DNA from: Candidatus Multivorans sp.
Lineage (GTDB): Bacteria; Acidobacteriota; Thermoanaerobaculia; Multivoradales; Multivoraceae
Direction of reading: 5' to 3'
Length of the DNA stretch: 64,000 nucleotides
Assembly: GCA_965262355.1 (NCBI GenBank)
Contig: OZ253534.1
Coordinates: 1,280,845-1,344,844, forward strand
Each line of letters opens with the position of its first letter. The first letter of the stretch is position 1. Of this stretch, positions 9,972-19,737 are shown piece after piece. The position numbers were made by a program, and so were the translations under genes. The notes beneath the pieces were generated by a model, which was not told where the DNA came from, made no database searches, and worked only from the letters and a program-made list of their open reading frames with translations.

Positions 9972-10643
9972 CTACTCGTTCAACCAGGCGTTGAAGGCCG
10001 GCTGCCGCTTGTCGCGGAATGCCGCCACACCCTCGCGGGAGTCCGGATGATGGTCGCCGATCGGCGTCCGGGCCGCGATGTCCTCGAGCGACTGCTCCCA
10101 GGTCTGGTCGGCGGCGTTGTAGAGGCTGCGCTTGAGCAGCAGGTAGTGGCCGCCCTCGTCCGGCAGCAGACCGAAGCGGAGCGTGCCGCTGCCCATGCGC
10201 GCCGCGGTCGAGGCGATGCGGAAGTCGCAACTGAGCGCCAGCGAGAAGCCGGTCTGCACCGCGACGCCGTTCATCGCCGCGATCGTCAGCTTGTCCATGC
10301 CCCGGATCGCCGTGTTCACGGGCTGCGAGATCTTGCGCAGTCCATTGATCGTGCCGAGCACGTTGTCGTGGCCCCGGTGGATGTCCGGCACGAGCTGCTC
10401 GCCGCGTTCGCCCCGATCCTTGCCGCTGATGTCGTCGCCGGCCGAGAACGCCCTGCCGCTGCCGGTGAACAGCACCACGCGCACCGAATCCTCCATCGCG
10501 GCCTGGGTGAGCGTCTCGAGCAGATCCCGCTTCATCGGCGCGTTCATGCCGTTGAGCCGGTCCGGCCGGTTGAATGTGATGACCAGGATCCCCGGATCCT
10601 CCACCTCTACTTCGAAGCCCTGGAACTCGCCCGTCTGGATCAT
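9972..10643 (-). CDS. enoyl-CoA hydratase/isomerase family protein
   Basis: ITFNRPDRLNGM and FTGSGRAFSAGDD crotonase motifs. AAGGGAG RBS before the ATG at 10643. Confidence 0.8.
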   Translation of the reverse strand: MIQTGEFQGFEVEVEDPGILVITFNRPDRLNGMNAPMKRDLLETLTQAAMEDSVRVVLFTGSGRAFSAGDDISGKDRGERGEQLVPDIHRGHDNVLGTINGLRKISQPVNTAIRGMDKLTIAAMNGVAVQTGFSLALSCDFRIASTAARMGSGTLRFGLLPDEGGHYLLLKRSLYNAADQTWEQSLEDIAARTPIGDHHPDSREGVAAFRDKRQPAFNAWLNE

Positions 10644-10779
10644 GCCTGCTGCTCCCTTTCTGGTTGCTCGTTGTGCGATCGGGGCGGTCATTGTGCCAGA
10701 TGCGCGTGCTACTCTGCCGCCGCCCCCGAAGTGCGTGGGGCCCCTTCAATCCACGCAGCAGACAAAGAGGACCCAACTG

Positions 10780-11151
10780 ATGAAACGCTTCATCGGCGTG
10801 CTTGCTCTCGTCCTCGCCGGCGGCCTCCTGCAGGCTTCGGCGTACGCCTCCGGCTCCATCTCGGCCGGCAAGGGAATCAACCCGCGGGACGCCTACACGA
10901 TGGGCAAGGCGCTCACGTTCCAGAAGCTCGTCTGCCCGTCCTGTCCCCTGCAGAAGCGCGATCTCGACCGCGACCGCGCCCTGAGCCTGAAGAACAGCCT
11001 CGAGGCTCGTGACGAGGCCGAGAAGCCGGGTACCGCGGATGACGAGAACATCGCCGTTCTCTGCCCCGGCGCCGGCGACGCCATGTGCGACGGCAAGCCG
11101 GACGAGCAGGAACTCGTTCATTTCTATCTGAACCGCCGCTACAAGCTGTAG
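10780..11151 (+). CDS. small secreted Cys-rich protein
   Basis: AAGAGG RBS. Signal peptide MKRFIGVLALVLAGGLLQASAYA, then CPSCP ... C ... C motifs. 123 aa. Confidence 0.5.
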   Translation: MKRFIGVLALVLAGGLLQASAYASGSISAGKGINPRDAYTMGKALTFQKLVCPSCPLQKRDLDRDRALSLKNSLEARDEAEKPGTADDENIAVLCPGAGDAMCDGKPDEQELVHFYLNRRYKL

Positions 11152-11161
11152 GCCGGAGAGA

Positions 11162-12116
11162 ATGATGAACACAAGGCTTCTCCGTTCCTCGCTCGCCGCG
11201 ACTACGGCCGCCCTCGCGCTCGCGGCGTCGCCCGGTCGTCTCCGATCCGAACACCGGACGGAAAGCGGCCGCCCTCGCGCTCGCGGCGTCGCCGCTTGCC
11301 GCAGACGGTTCGCCCTGGTTGCCCGCCCCCGGCGCCGGGTCCATCAGCGTGTCCTACGTCTCCCAGGAGGCGACCGAGTTCTACCGCGCCGCCCGGAAAG
11401 GACCGACTCCCGCCGGCGGCCACGAACTCGGCCAGCAGACTCTGTGGGTTACCGGGTCCTACGGCATTTCCGACGCACTCGCTCTCGACTTCCGCGTCGG
11501 AGGCGCCGAGAGTTCCTTCATGGCCGGGCCGTCGGCGCCGTTTCCGCCGCAGGAAAGCCTGAGCGGCCTGCAGGACGTGAACGCCGGTGTCGTCTGGCGG
11601 TTCAAGGACGAGGTGACCAGTTCGGGGCCCAGCGTGGCGCTGCGCGCGGCTGCGATCATCGGCGGCAGCTACAAGACCGGCTACATCAGCTCCCTGGGTG
11701 ACGGGGGTGACGGGGGCGACGGCGCCGAGCTGTCGGTGCTCATTGGCAAGTACGTGGGCGAACGGGGCGCCCTGTCGGCAGAACTCGGGTATCGCTACCG
11801 CAACAGCAACATCCCGGCCGACACCTTCATGAACCTGTCCGCCGGCGTGCTGGTCGGGAACCGCGTCGGACTGAACATCGGCTACCGGATGGTCGACGCC
11901 GAGTCCTCCGGGCTCGACATCGGCGTGCCCCCCTTCTCCCCTGCGCGTTTCCCGGAACTCCAGGAAGAAATCCAGCTCGTCATCGGCACAATCAGCTTCG
12001 GCCTGTCCGACACCACGAATCTGGGCATCTCCTACGGGTCGGTCGTCGGCGGCCGCAACACCGCGGTATCCGATGTCATCGGCGTCTCGCTCAGCTTCAA
12101 CTTTGACACCTACTGA
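11162..12116 (+). pseudogene. outer-membrane beta-barrel protein gene, frame-disrupted by a 61-nt insertion flanked by a 28-nt direct repeat
   Basis: The signal peptide MMNTRLLRSSLAATTAALALAASP is in frame 2 (11162...). The beta-barrel body (alternating-hydrophobic strands, C-terminal ...SLSFNFDTY) is in frame 0 from about 11266. The shift coincides with the exact 28-mer CGGCCGCCCTCGCGCTCGCGGCGTCGCC at ~11205 and ~11266 (offset 61). Confidence 0.5.
11205..11293. repeat. 28-nt exact direct repeat (2 copies, 61-nt period) inside the OM-protein gene
   Basis: Both copies encode AALALAASP, but in different frames. Confidence 0.6.
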
Positions 12117-12136
12117 TCGTTCTGCCGCGCAGGCTT

Positions 12137-12958
12137 CTACGGCTCGTTGAGGCTCCAGTCGTACTCGTAGTCGACCGAGCCTTCGAAACCCTCGAGGCGC
12201 GCGGCGAGTTCCTCGTCCGCGTACTCCGCGAGGTGTTCGACCACCGACTCCTCGGTGTTGCCGAAGTCCTCGGCGTACCAGTCGTAGAGGCTTGAGATGA
12301 CGATGAAGTCGTCATCCACGAAGTCGACCCCGCGCGGATTGTTCACGTAGTCCCGGGCACCCTGCTCCAGCAACGCCCCCGTGTTGGCCGCGGTGAAGGC
12401 TGTCGCCAGCAGGTGGGGGCAGCCGTAGGCGGCGCAGTTCACCGCGTAGTGGATCCGCCTGTCGCGCCAGAGCGGTCGGAGGATGCCGTGCTCGATGTCG
12501 TCGAGTGTCAGGTCCCGGCCGTTCACCTTGGCGTGAACGTCTCCCCAGGGGCCCGTGTTGGGGATGACGCCCTCGTGGATGTCCCTGATCGTGTCGACGG
12601 GGTACTCCGCCAGCACGACCTGGACCGTCGTCGCGTTGTAGAGGTTGATCCAGTACGCCATCTGCTCTGCGCGCGAGTAGGCGCTCGGGTCGAGTCCCTG
12701 CAGGTACTCGAGGTAGCCGGTCAGCCTCGCCTCGTCGTCGCCGCTGGACGAGATCGCCGCGTAGTCGAACAGGTTGACGCCCGAGTCGTCGGTGCGGACG
12801 TAGCCGTCGAGTATCTCCTGCCAGGCGCCATGATCGATCGTTTCGGTACTTGTTTCGTCACTGACGTCCCACCCCGCGATCTCTTTCGGTTCCGGGGCGC
12901 CGCAGGCGACGGCGATCATCATCGCGCCGAGCGCGGCCATCAGTTTGCGATTCGTCAT
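12137..12958 (-). CDS. DUF547-domain lipoprotein
   Basis: MTNRKLMAALGAMMIAVACG lipoprotein signal. Conserved DUF547 core (WINLYNATTV ... HYAVNCAAYGCP). Start codon overlaps the upstream gene stop (ATGCAATGA). Confidence 0.75.
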   Translation of the reverse strand: MTNRKLMAALGAMMIAVACGAPEPKEIAGWDVSDETSTETIDHGAWQEILDGYVRTDDSGVNLFDYAAISSSGDDEARLTGYLEYLQGLDPSAYSRAEQMAYWINLYNATTVQVVLAEYPVDTIRDIHEGVIPNTGPWGDVHAKVNGRDLTLDDIEHGILRPLWRDRRIHYAVNCAAYGCPHLLATAFTAANTGALLEQGARDYVNNPRGVDFVDDDFIVISSLYDWYAEDFGNTEESVVEHLAEYADEELAARLEGFEGSVDYEYDWSLNEP

Positions 12959-14253
12959 TGCATTTCCTTTCGTATCCTTCTCCGGCGGCGCAGGGTGACG
13001 CCGGCCACGAGCGCCAGGAGGATCAGTCCGAACTCCAACCCCCGGGCCCGAACCGGCTGTTCGTAGGGTTGCAACGTGTAGTCGGGCAGGTTGAGCCCGG
13101 TGATGTAGCTCAGCAGGACGGCCATCGACGCCGTCCATGCCCAGAAGCTCGGAAAGACTACCGCGAAGGGCAGCAGCCACAGCAGGTACCAGGGGTTGAT
13201 CACCGGCGACAGTGCCAGCAGAACGCCAAATAGCCAGTCGCCGCGCGGGATTCCCTGCTCGCCGCTGCCGCGGGCGTAGCGAAGGCAGTACCAGCCCCAG
13301 AAGGCGGCGAAACCCACGCCCAGCACGAGCCGCGCCTCGAACGGCGGCACGATCGTCTTCAGCAGTCCGAACACCGCGGAGTTGAACTCCCAGTCCCGAG
13401 CGAAGACCTGAAGCGACAGCAGATCGGTGCCCCCCAGAACGACGAAGGGCAGGTAGACCGCAGCCGCCGTGGCCACGAAGAGAAGCCAGTGCCTGAGCCC
13501 CGCGCGCACCAGAATCAGCGGCGCCAGCACCAGGGCAAACGTCTTCGTCGCCACCGCCAGCCCAAGAAGGGCGGCCGCGATCCACCAGCGGCGGTGCCGA
13601 GCCAACACGATCGCCGCCAGCAGCAGGCAGACTCCGACGCCGTCCGGATGCGCGGTGAAAGCGATCTCCTTGACGACGAGGGGACACCAGGCGTACAGGA
13701 GGACATTGCGCGCCGGCGCCAACCGCAGCAGGAGAAACACCGTGGCGAGATCGACCGCGATCAGGATCGCCTGCAGGGCCGCGACGCTGGCCGGCTTGAT
13801 CCAGTACGCGACCAGGAACACGAGCTGCGTGACCGGCGCGTAGATCGTCGGCAACTCCGGGTAGTTGACACCGTCCAGGACGCCCTGGAACAGCGCGGGC
13901 ACCGCCGGGTCGACGAAGAACGCCTCCGGCGCCGCGCCGTAGGGCGTGCCGGCGACGGCGAAGCGGTAGCCGTCCCACAGGTAGCGGAAGAAGTCGTCCT
14001 CGTAGAACGGCCCGCCGATCAGACCGCAGAGGCGAAACGCGGCCGCCCAGACCAGGAGTCGGCCAACCGGAAACGGCGCCCCTGTCTTCCAGAAGTGGAA
14101 GAACAGCCCGAAGACAGGCAGACCGGTCCAGGCAACGAGCAGGAAGAACGCCCCCAGGTCGGGCTCGCCCGGCTGCCGCGCCAGAAACGCAAGGGTCGCG
14201 TACCCCAGGACGCACCACAGACCGACCCCGTCTACATATCTCTTAGAAGCCAA
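12955..14253 (-). CDS. polytopic membrane glycosyltransferase-like protein (DUF2029/GT87-like)
   Basis: >10 predicted TM helices with aromatic-rich loops. Start placed at a TTG with GGAG upstream; the Arg/Ser-rich N-terminal extension of the track ORF is discounted. Translationally coupled to the DUF547 gene. Confidence 0.55.
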   Translation of the reverse strand: MASKRYVDGVGLWCVLGYATLAFLARQPGEPDLGAFFLLVAWTGLPVFGLFFHFWKTGAPFPVGRLLVWAAAFRLCGLIGGPFYEDDFFRYLWDGYRFAVAGTPYGAAPEAFFVDPAVPALFQGVLDGVNYPELPTIYAPVTQLVFLVAYWIKPASVAALQAILIAVDLATVFLLLRLAPARNVLLYAWCPLVVKEIAFTAHPDGVGVCLLLAAIVLARHRRWWIAAALLGLAVATKTFALVLAPLILVRAGLRHWLLFVATAAAVYLPFVVLGGTDLLSLQVFARDWEFNSAVFGLLKTIVPPFEARLVLGVGFAAFWGWYCLRYARGSGEQGIPRGDWLFGVLLALSPVINPWYLLWLLPFAVVFPSFWAWTASMAVLLSYITGLNLPDYTLQPYEQPVRARGLEFGLILLALVAGVTLRRRRRIRKEMQ

Positions 14254-14412
14254 CCCACTCCGTCCAGCCGGACCCGCGGTGGCCGAAGTCGAACACGTCC
14301 GGGTGCAGCAGTTCGGCCAGGATCTCCGCCGACTCGACGACCCGGGGACCCGGCCGGTTGAAGAACCCGGATGGCGCGAGTCGCGCCATCCGCGAACCAC
14401 TCCGAGCGCCCG

Positions 14413-15240
14413 TCATCGGGCGCTCGGATGGCACTGGTTGCCGTCGGTCAGGAACACGCGGCCGCTTCGCACCGCGGAGAGACCGGACCAGCCGGGACGG
14501 GCCGCGAGCGGCGGCATCTCGGCCGCGGTGCGGGGGATGTCGAAGCCGCACGGCATGACCGCGATGACATCGGGGTCTGCCTTGATCATCTGCTCGAACT
14601 CGAAGTAGCCGGAGTGCCTTCCCGCCTTGCCGAGCATGACCTTGCCGCCGGCGATCAGGGCGAGTTCCGGCACCCAGTTCTCGGCATGCATCAACGGGTC
14701 GATCCACTCGATGCAGGCGATCGTCGGCCGTTCCGGGAGTCGGCTGGACCGCTCGCGGATCGCGTCGAGGCGCCCGGTCATCTCGGCAGTCAGCCGCTCC
14801 GCCCGCTCGGGGCGGCCGAGCGCCGAGGCGACCGTGCGGATGTCGTCGAACACGTCGCCGAGGTCCATCGGCGCCAGCGAGACGATCCGCGGCGCCGACG
14901 ACACGAGCTCGCACACCGCCCGCTCCACGTCCTTCAGGCTGACCGCGCACACCTCGCACTGGGTCTGGGTCACGATCACGGTCGGCGCGAGTTCGTCGAG
15001 CAGCCGGCCGTTCACGCGGTACACCGAGAGCGCCTCCGCGACGATCGCGCGCACCTGGTCGTCGATGGCGCGGCTCGAACCGTCAACATCGACCTTCGAC
15101 GACGAGCACACCGGCAGCTTCTCGACCGACGGCGGGAAGTCGCACTCGTGCGACCGGCCGACCACGGCTTCCTCGAAGCCGAGCGCGCAGACGATCTCCG
15201 TCGCACTGGCGATCAGGGAGACGATCCGCGGTTCGGTCAT
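14413..15240 (-). CDS. BtuF/TroA-like periplasmic-binding-fold protein (cobalamin/siderophore-type ABC substrate-binding)
   Basis: MTEPRIVSLIASATEIVCALG and C-terminal ...AVMPCGFD pattern typical of class III PBPs. Confidence 0.65.
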   Translation of the reverse strand: MTEPRIVSLIASATEIVCALGFEEAVVGRSHECDFPPSVEKLPVCSSSKVDVDGSSRAIDDQVRAIVAEALSVYRVNGRLLDELAPTVIVTQTQCEVCAVSLKDVERAVCELVSSAPRIVSLAPMDLGDVFDDIRTVASALGRPERAERLTAEMTGRLDAIRERSSRLPERPTIACIEWIDPLMHAENWVPELALIAGGKVMLGKAGRHSGYFEFEQMIKADPDVIAVMPCGFDIPRTAAEMPPLAARPGWSGLSAVRSGRVFLTDGNQCHPSAR

Positions 15241-15253
15241 CGTGCCGCCGAGG

Positions 15254-17575
15254 CTACCGTCTTCCCAGCAGCAGCACCGCCGCCGCCGGCAGCACCGTCA
15301 CCGACGCCAGCAGGCACGCCGGCAAACCGATCAGCATGACCGCGGCCATCGTCTCCAGACCCAGGTGGTCGGTGAACAGGAGAACGGAGAAACTGGCGGT
15401 CGTCGTGAGCGTCGTCATCGCGATCGCCCGGCCCACGGACAGGGTGGCGAAGCGGATCGACTGGGCCTCGTCATCGAGGATGCGGTGAACGACGTGGATG
15501 CCGTCGTCGATGCCGAGCCCGAAGATCAGGGGCAGCACGAGCCAGCTCATCACGTTGAAGGGAATCCCGACCCAGCAAAGCACGCCCAATGTGAACGGCA
15601 CGGCGGCCAGCACCGGTAGCAGAGCGAGCAGAACCGACGCCCGGCGGCGGAAGTCGAGGCACAGAACGAGCAGAACGAATCCCAGGATCGAGACCGCGAT
15701 CCATGGGATCCACGGCCGGTTGCCGATCATCATCCCCTCGACCACCGCCAGGAGCCCCGTGGCGCCGGGGTCGATCGCCTGGACCGCCAGGCGCTGCCGC
15801 CGGGCCAGATCGCCGTCAGCCTTCGAGTCCACGGGGTACGCGTAGACCAGGAACTCGCCGGTCGGCGCGATGAACTTCTCCCGCAGACCGGCCGGCAGGG
15901 AGTCGATGTCCGGCGGGCCGGCGGCCGCGGCGCGTCGGAGCGCTTCGACCGCGAGCCCGAGCGGGCCGCCCGCCGCCGGCCTGCTCACGTCCTGGGCGCC
16001 GAGAACCCGGTCCAGGGCAAGGGCGCGTTCCGCGAGATCGGCCGGCAGGATGGTGCCGAGGCTCACCGTCTCGCTGAACAGCGGATGACCGTCAAGCCGG
16101 CCAGCGAACTCCCGAGCCCGCTCGAGACTCTCCGCCGCCAGGATCCAGGGCGCGCCGTTCGTACCCAGTACCTCCTGAATCCGGTCGACCGTGGCGATGG
16201 CCGGCACTCCGCGATTCATGAGCCGCTCCAGGCGCGTCTCGACCTGGAGCCGGGGTAGCCCCGCAAGCGTCACCGTCAGTACCGCGACGCTCACCACCAG
16301 GCAGCGCACCGGCCGCCGTGTCGCCCATCGCACCAGGAACGCCAGCCCCGGCACCCGAACCGGCGCGGCGCGTCGCGCCGGCAGGGCAGCCGCCGGTGAG
16401 CCGCGGCCTCCCTGCCTCCGCTCCCTCAGAACCCACACCGACGGCAGGATCAACAGCGTCAGCGGCAGGCAGAAGAGCAGCCCCAGGCCGCCCGACAAAC
16501 CGAGGTGCAGGGCAACCGGGTCCGGGGCCGCGGCGGCGACAAGAAAAGCGCCCGCGGTCGTGATGCCACCGGCCACCACGCCGCGGCCGGCGCCCGTCAC
16601 CGTCCGGCGCAGCGCCTCCTCGAAGGGAAGCCCGTTGGCCAGCTCCTCGCGCTGGCGCACGAACAGGTGGACGGCGAAGTCGATGCCGAGCCCAAACACC
16701 GTGACCCCGAAGAACGTCTCCATGACCGTCAGCTTCCCGGTCAGCAGACCCACCGCGCCCAGCGCCGCGCCGATCGACAGCACGAGCACCGCCGCCACGG
16801 ACACCAGGCCGCCCGGCCGCTTCTCGACGATCCGGAACAACAGCAGCACAAGCGCCAGACTGATCGGCGTGAGGCGCTTGATCGCCCCGAGCGTCTGCTC
16901 CTGGTCGCCAGCCGATACCGCCGGCAGTCCCGAGAAGCCCACCGTGACCCCTGAACCGGCAAGCGCGCGCTCGACCGCGGCTTCGAGTTCGAAGAAGGTG
17001 CTCCGACCGACCTCTTCCTCCAGCGGGTCGAGCGCCATCTTGATTTCGACCAGCCGGGCGCCGGGCACGCCGCCGACGGCGCCGCGCAGCGCGATCGCGG
17101 AAGCCGCGAACTCCGCCGCGTTGGCGAGGTCGTCGGGGCGTTCCACGACCCCCGTCCAACGGTCGAACAGGGAGCGCTCGACCAGCCACGGCGCCTGCTC
17201 CTCGAGCCACTCGACCGGCAGCGGACGGCGCGCCGCGACCACCGTCGGCAGCGTCGACGCGGCCCGAATCGTGCGCTCGACCGCGTCGTCTAGCGACTCC
17301 TCCTCGCCTTCGAGCAGCACCAGCAGCAGTCCGCCAAGTTCGAAGCGCTCGGATACCTCGAAGTAGCGGCCGATGTGCTCGTTGGCGCGGTTCATCACGC
17401 CCACGAAGGTGAGGTCCACCGGTGTTATCGGCAGCAGTGCCGCCAGCGCGAGCGCCGGCACGACCGCCCACGCGATCGCGCTCCGCGGCGAGCGGATCGT
17501 CCAGCGCGCGACCGCGTCGAGCGCCCGCCGCATGCTCACGGAAGAAGCCCCCGGAAACGTCGCGAACCGGGCCAC
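15254..17575 (-). CDS. RND-superfamily exporter (MMPL/HpnN-like, two SSD-type 6-TM bundles)
   Basis: 773 aa. Two repeated hydrophobic bundles (GLGIDFAVHLF / GLGIDDGIHVV) separated by periplasmic domains. Confidence 0.8.
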   Translation of the reverse strand: MARFATFPGASSVSMRRALDAVARWTIRSPRSAIAWAVVPALALAALLPITPVDLTFVGVMNRANEHIGRYFEVSERFELGGLLLVLLEGEEESLDDAVERTIRAASTLPTVVAARRPLPVEWLEEQAPWLVERSLFDRWTGVVERPDDLANAAEFAASAIALRGAVGGVPGARLVEIKMALDPLEEEVGRSTFFELEAAVERALAGSGVTVGFSGLPAVSAGDQEQTLGAIKRLTPISLALVLLLFRIVEKRPGGLVSVAAVLVLSIGAALGAVGLLTGKLTVMETFFGVTVFGLGIDFAVHLFVRQREELANGLPFEEALRRTVTGAGRGVVAGGITTAGAFLVAAAAPDPVALHLGLSGGLGLLFCLPLTLLILPSVWVLRERRQGGRGSPAAALPARRAAPVRVPGLAFLVRWATRRPVRCLVVSVAVLTVTLAGLPRLQVETRLERLMNRGVPAIATVDRIQEVLGTNGAPWILAAESLERAREFAGRLDGHPLFSETVSLGTILPADLAERALALDRVLGAQDVSRPAAGGPLGLAVEALRRAAAAGPPDIDSLPAGLREKFIAPTGEFLVYAYPVDSKADGDLARRQRLAVQAIDPGATGLLAVVEGMMIGNRPWIPWIAVSILGFVLLVLCLDFRRRASVLLALLPVLAAVPFTLGVLCWVGIPFNVMSWLVLPLIFGLGIDDGIHVVHRILDDEAQSIRFATLSVGRAIAMTTLTTTASFSVLLFTDHLGLETMAAVMLIGLPACLLASVTVLPAAAVLLLGRR

Positions 17576-17641
17576 GGCGGGCTGCTACAGTCCCGCGCGC
17601 CAACGCCCGGAGAACGAGGAGAAGCTGTGAATTCAAGCAGA

Positions 17642-18484
17642 ATGAAGTTCGGCATCATGTTCGCCAACACTGGCCCATTCGTCGACGGTCAACGCGCCGT
17701 GGCACTGGCTCAGGCCGCCGAAGCCGCCGGCTTCGACTCGCTATGGACCGTGGAGCACGTCGTCGTCCCGCGCGGCTACGTCTCCTCCTATCCCTATGAC
17801 GACAGCGGCAAGATGCCCGGTGGACGCGAGGATTTCGACATCCCCGACCCGCTGATCTGGCTATCCTACGTGGCCGCGGCGACCAAGAGCATCAAGCTCG
17901 CCACCGGCATCCTGATCGTCCCGCAGCGCAGTCCCCTGGTCACGGCCAAGGCCGTCGCCACGCTCGACAAGCTCTCGGGGGGGCGCGCCATCCTGGGAGT
18001 CGGCGTCGGCTGGCTGGAGGAGGAATTCAAGGCCCTCGGCGTGCCCTTCGCCGGCCGCGGACGCCGCCTCGACGACTACCTGCGCGCCTTCCGGGCGCTC
18101 TGGAGCGAGGACTGCGCCAGCCACGACGGCGAGTTCGTGTCCTTCTCCGACTGCTACTGCCGGCCGCAGCCGGTCAATGGCTCCGTACCGATCGTGATCG
18201 GCGGCCACTCCGAGCGCGCGGCACGCCGCGCCGGCGAACTGGGCGACGGCTTCTTCCCCGCCATCACCGACGTCGACAAGCTGAAGCACCTGTTCCGCAC
18301 CATGCGCGAGAGCGCCGAGGCCGCGGGCCGCGATCCCGACGCGATCGAGATCACAGCCACCGGCGGACCGCCGGACCAGATCGCCCGGATGGCCGAACTC
18401 GGCGTGTCGCGCGTCTTCGTGCCGCCGATGGCGCCCGATCGGCTGGCCCAGTTCGGCGAAGAGGTGGTCGCGAAGTTCGGTTGA
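17642..18484 (+). CDS. LLM-class flavin/F420-dependent oxidoreductase (luciferase-like monooxygenase family)
   Basis: MKFGIMFANTGP ... IKLATGILIVPQRSPLVTAKAVATLDKLSGGRAILGVGVGW signature of LLM-class enzymes. Confidence 0.85.
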   Translation: MKFGIMFANTGPFVDGQRAVALAQAAEAAGFDSLWTVEHVVVPRGYVSSYPYDDSGKMPGGREDFDIPDPLIWLSYVAAATKSIKLATGILIVPQRSPLVTAKAVATLDKLSGGRAILGVGVGWLEEEFKALGVPFAGRGRRLDDYLRAFRALWSEDCASHDGEFVSFSDCYCRPQPVNGSVPIVIGGHSERAARRAGELGDGFFPAITDVDKLKHLFRTMRESAEAAGRDPDAIEITATGGPPDQIARMAELGVSRVFVPPMAPDRLAQFGEEVVAKFG

Positions 18485-18518
18485 GGAGACTGCGCTCGTG
18501 CAGTGGTAGCTTTTGCCC

Positions 18519-19415
18519 ATGATCTACCTTCGGCGCTTCGCCCCACTCGCACTCGCCTTCACGCTGCTCCTGGCCGCCGCCAGCCCCACCCTCGCCTCCG
18601 AGCACGAAGCGGACGGCCCCGTCCGCGTCCTCTTCGTCAGCAAGTCCTCCGGCTTCGAGCACTCCGCGATCAGGCGCACAGACGCCCAGCCGAGCCACGT
18701 CGACACCGTGCTCGCCCAGATCGCGGCCGACCGCGGCTTCGCCGTCACGTCGACCAAGGACGCCGGGATGATCAACGCCACCCAGCTCGCCAACTTCGAC
18801 GTCGTCATCTTCTACACCACCGGCGACATGACCCAGCGCGGCGGCCAAGGCTCGGGCATCTTCCGCGGCGACGGCAATCCCCCCATGAGCGCCGACGGCG
18901 TCTCCGACCTGATCGAGTGGATCGAAGCCGGCGGCGGCTTCGTCGGTTTCCATCCCGCCACCGACACCTTCCACGGCGAAAACGACGAAGTCACTCCCTA
19001 CGTCGGCATGATCGGCGGCGAGTTTCTCCACCACGGCGCCCAGTTCGAAGGCATCGTCCGCGTCGCCGATGCGGACCACCCGACGATGGGCAACGTCGAA
19101 GACGGCTGGAAGATCATGGACGAGTGGTACCTGTACAAGAACGTCGCCAAGGACGAACTGCACGTCCTCGCCCTGATGGACCCCGGCGAAGAGCGCGCCA
19201 AGCAGGAGGTGTACGACATCGCCCCCTACCCCATCGTCTGGTGCCGCGAACTCGGCGCCGGCCGCGTGTTCCACAACGCGATGGGCCACCGCGAAGACGT
19301 CTGGTCCCACCAGATGTTCCAGACCTGGGTCGGCGACACGATCGAGTGGGCGGCGGGCAAGGGTGAAGCCGCGGCAGCCCCGAACTGGGGCGATGTGGTG
19401 CCTAGGACGCCCTAG
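18519..19415 (+). CDS. ThuA-like (class I glutamine amidotransferase-like) secreted protein
   Basis: Signal peptide. ThuA motifs (FDVVIFYTTGD ... GGGFVGFHPATDTF). Confidence 0.8.
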   Translation: MIYLRRFAPLALAFTLLLAAASPTLASEHEADGPVRVLFVSKSSGFEHSAIRRTDAQPSHVDTVLAQIAADRGFAVTSTKDAGMINATQLANFDVVIFYTTGDMTQRGGQGSGIFRGDGNPPMSADGVSDLIEWIEAGGGFVGFHPATDTFHGENDEVTPYVGMIGGEFLHHGAQFEGIVRVADADHPTMGNVEDGWKIMDEWYLYKNVAKDELHVLALMDPGEERAKQEVYDIAPYPIVWCRELGAGRVFHNAMGHREDVWSHQMFQTWVGDTIEWAAGKGEAAAAPNWGDVVPRTP

Positions 19416-19485
19416 AGAAGCCAATCGGCGGACCGGCAGTGACGACGCTGCGCTCCTGGGCCACTCGTAGTAGCGTGTCAACGCG

Positions 19486-19710
19486 ATGCGGCCTCGACAC
19501 CCGAAGAAGGATGTCGAGGCTGCGCTGGCTGAAGCCGAGAAAGCAGGCTGGAACGTGACACTGACACCACGCGGCCACCGTTGGGGCGTGATGAAGTGCG
19601 GTGAAGCCAGCCGATTGGGCTGCCAAATCTCAGTCTCGTCTACTCCCAAGAACTCGGGACACCACGCCAAGCGGCTTCGACGCTATGTCAATCGCTGCCC
19701 ACACAAGTGA
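19486..19710 (+). CDS. HicA-like (YcfA family) small toxin candidate
   Basis: 74 aa. The pattern GW-V ... RGHRWGVMKCGE ... ISVSSTPKNSGHHAKRLRRYV parallels E. coli HicA (G-SNHLKLRFHGRRSVMPRHP ... LRKAILKQLG). First gene after the GC drop at the island edge. Confidence 0.4.
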   Translation: MRPRHPKKDVEAALAEAEKAGWNVTLTPRGHRWGVMKCGEASRLGCQISVSSTPKNSGHHAKRLRRYVNRCPHK

Positions 19711-19737
19711 CGCCAGCAGAGCCAGGAGCACAAGCCC

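Noticed and set aside
12137-14218. 693-aa ORF merging the DUF547 gene with upstream sequence
   Set aside because: Only the last 273 aa (from MTNRKLM, lipoprotein signal) are DUF547. The upstream part is a shadow frame of the membrane glycosyltransferase gene.
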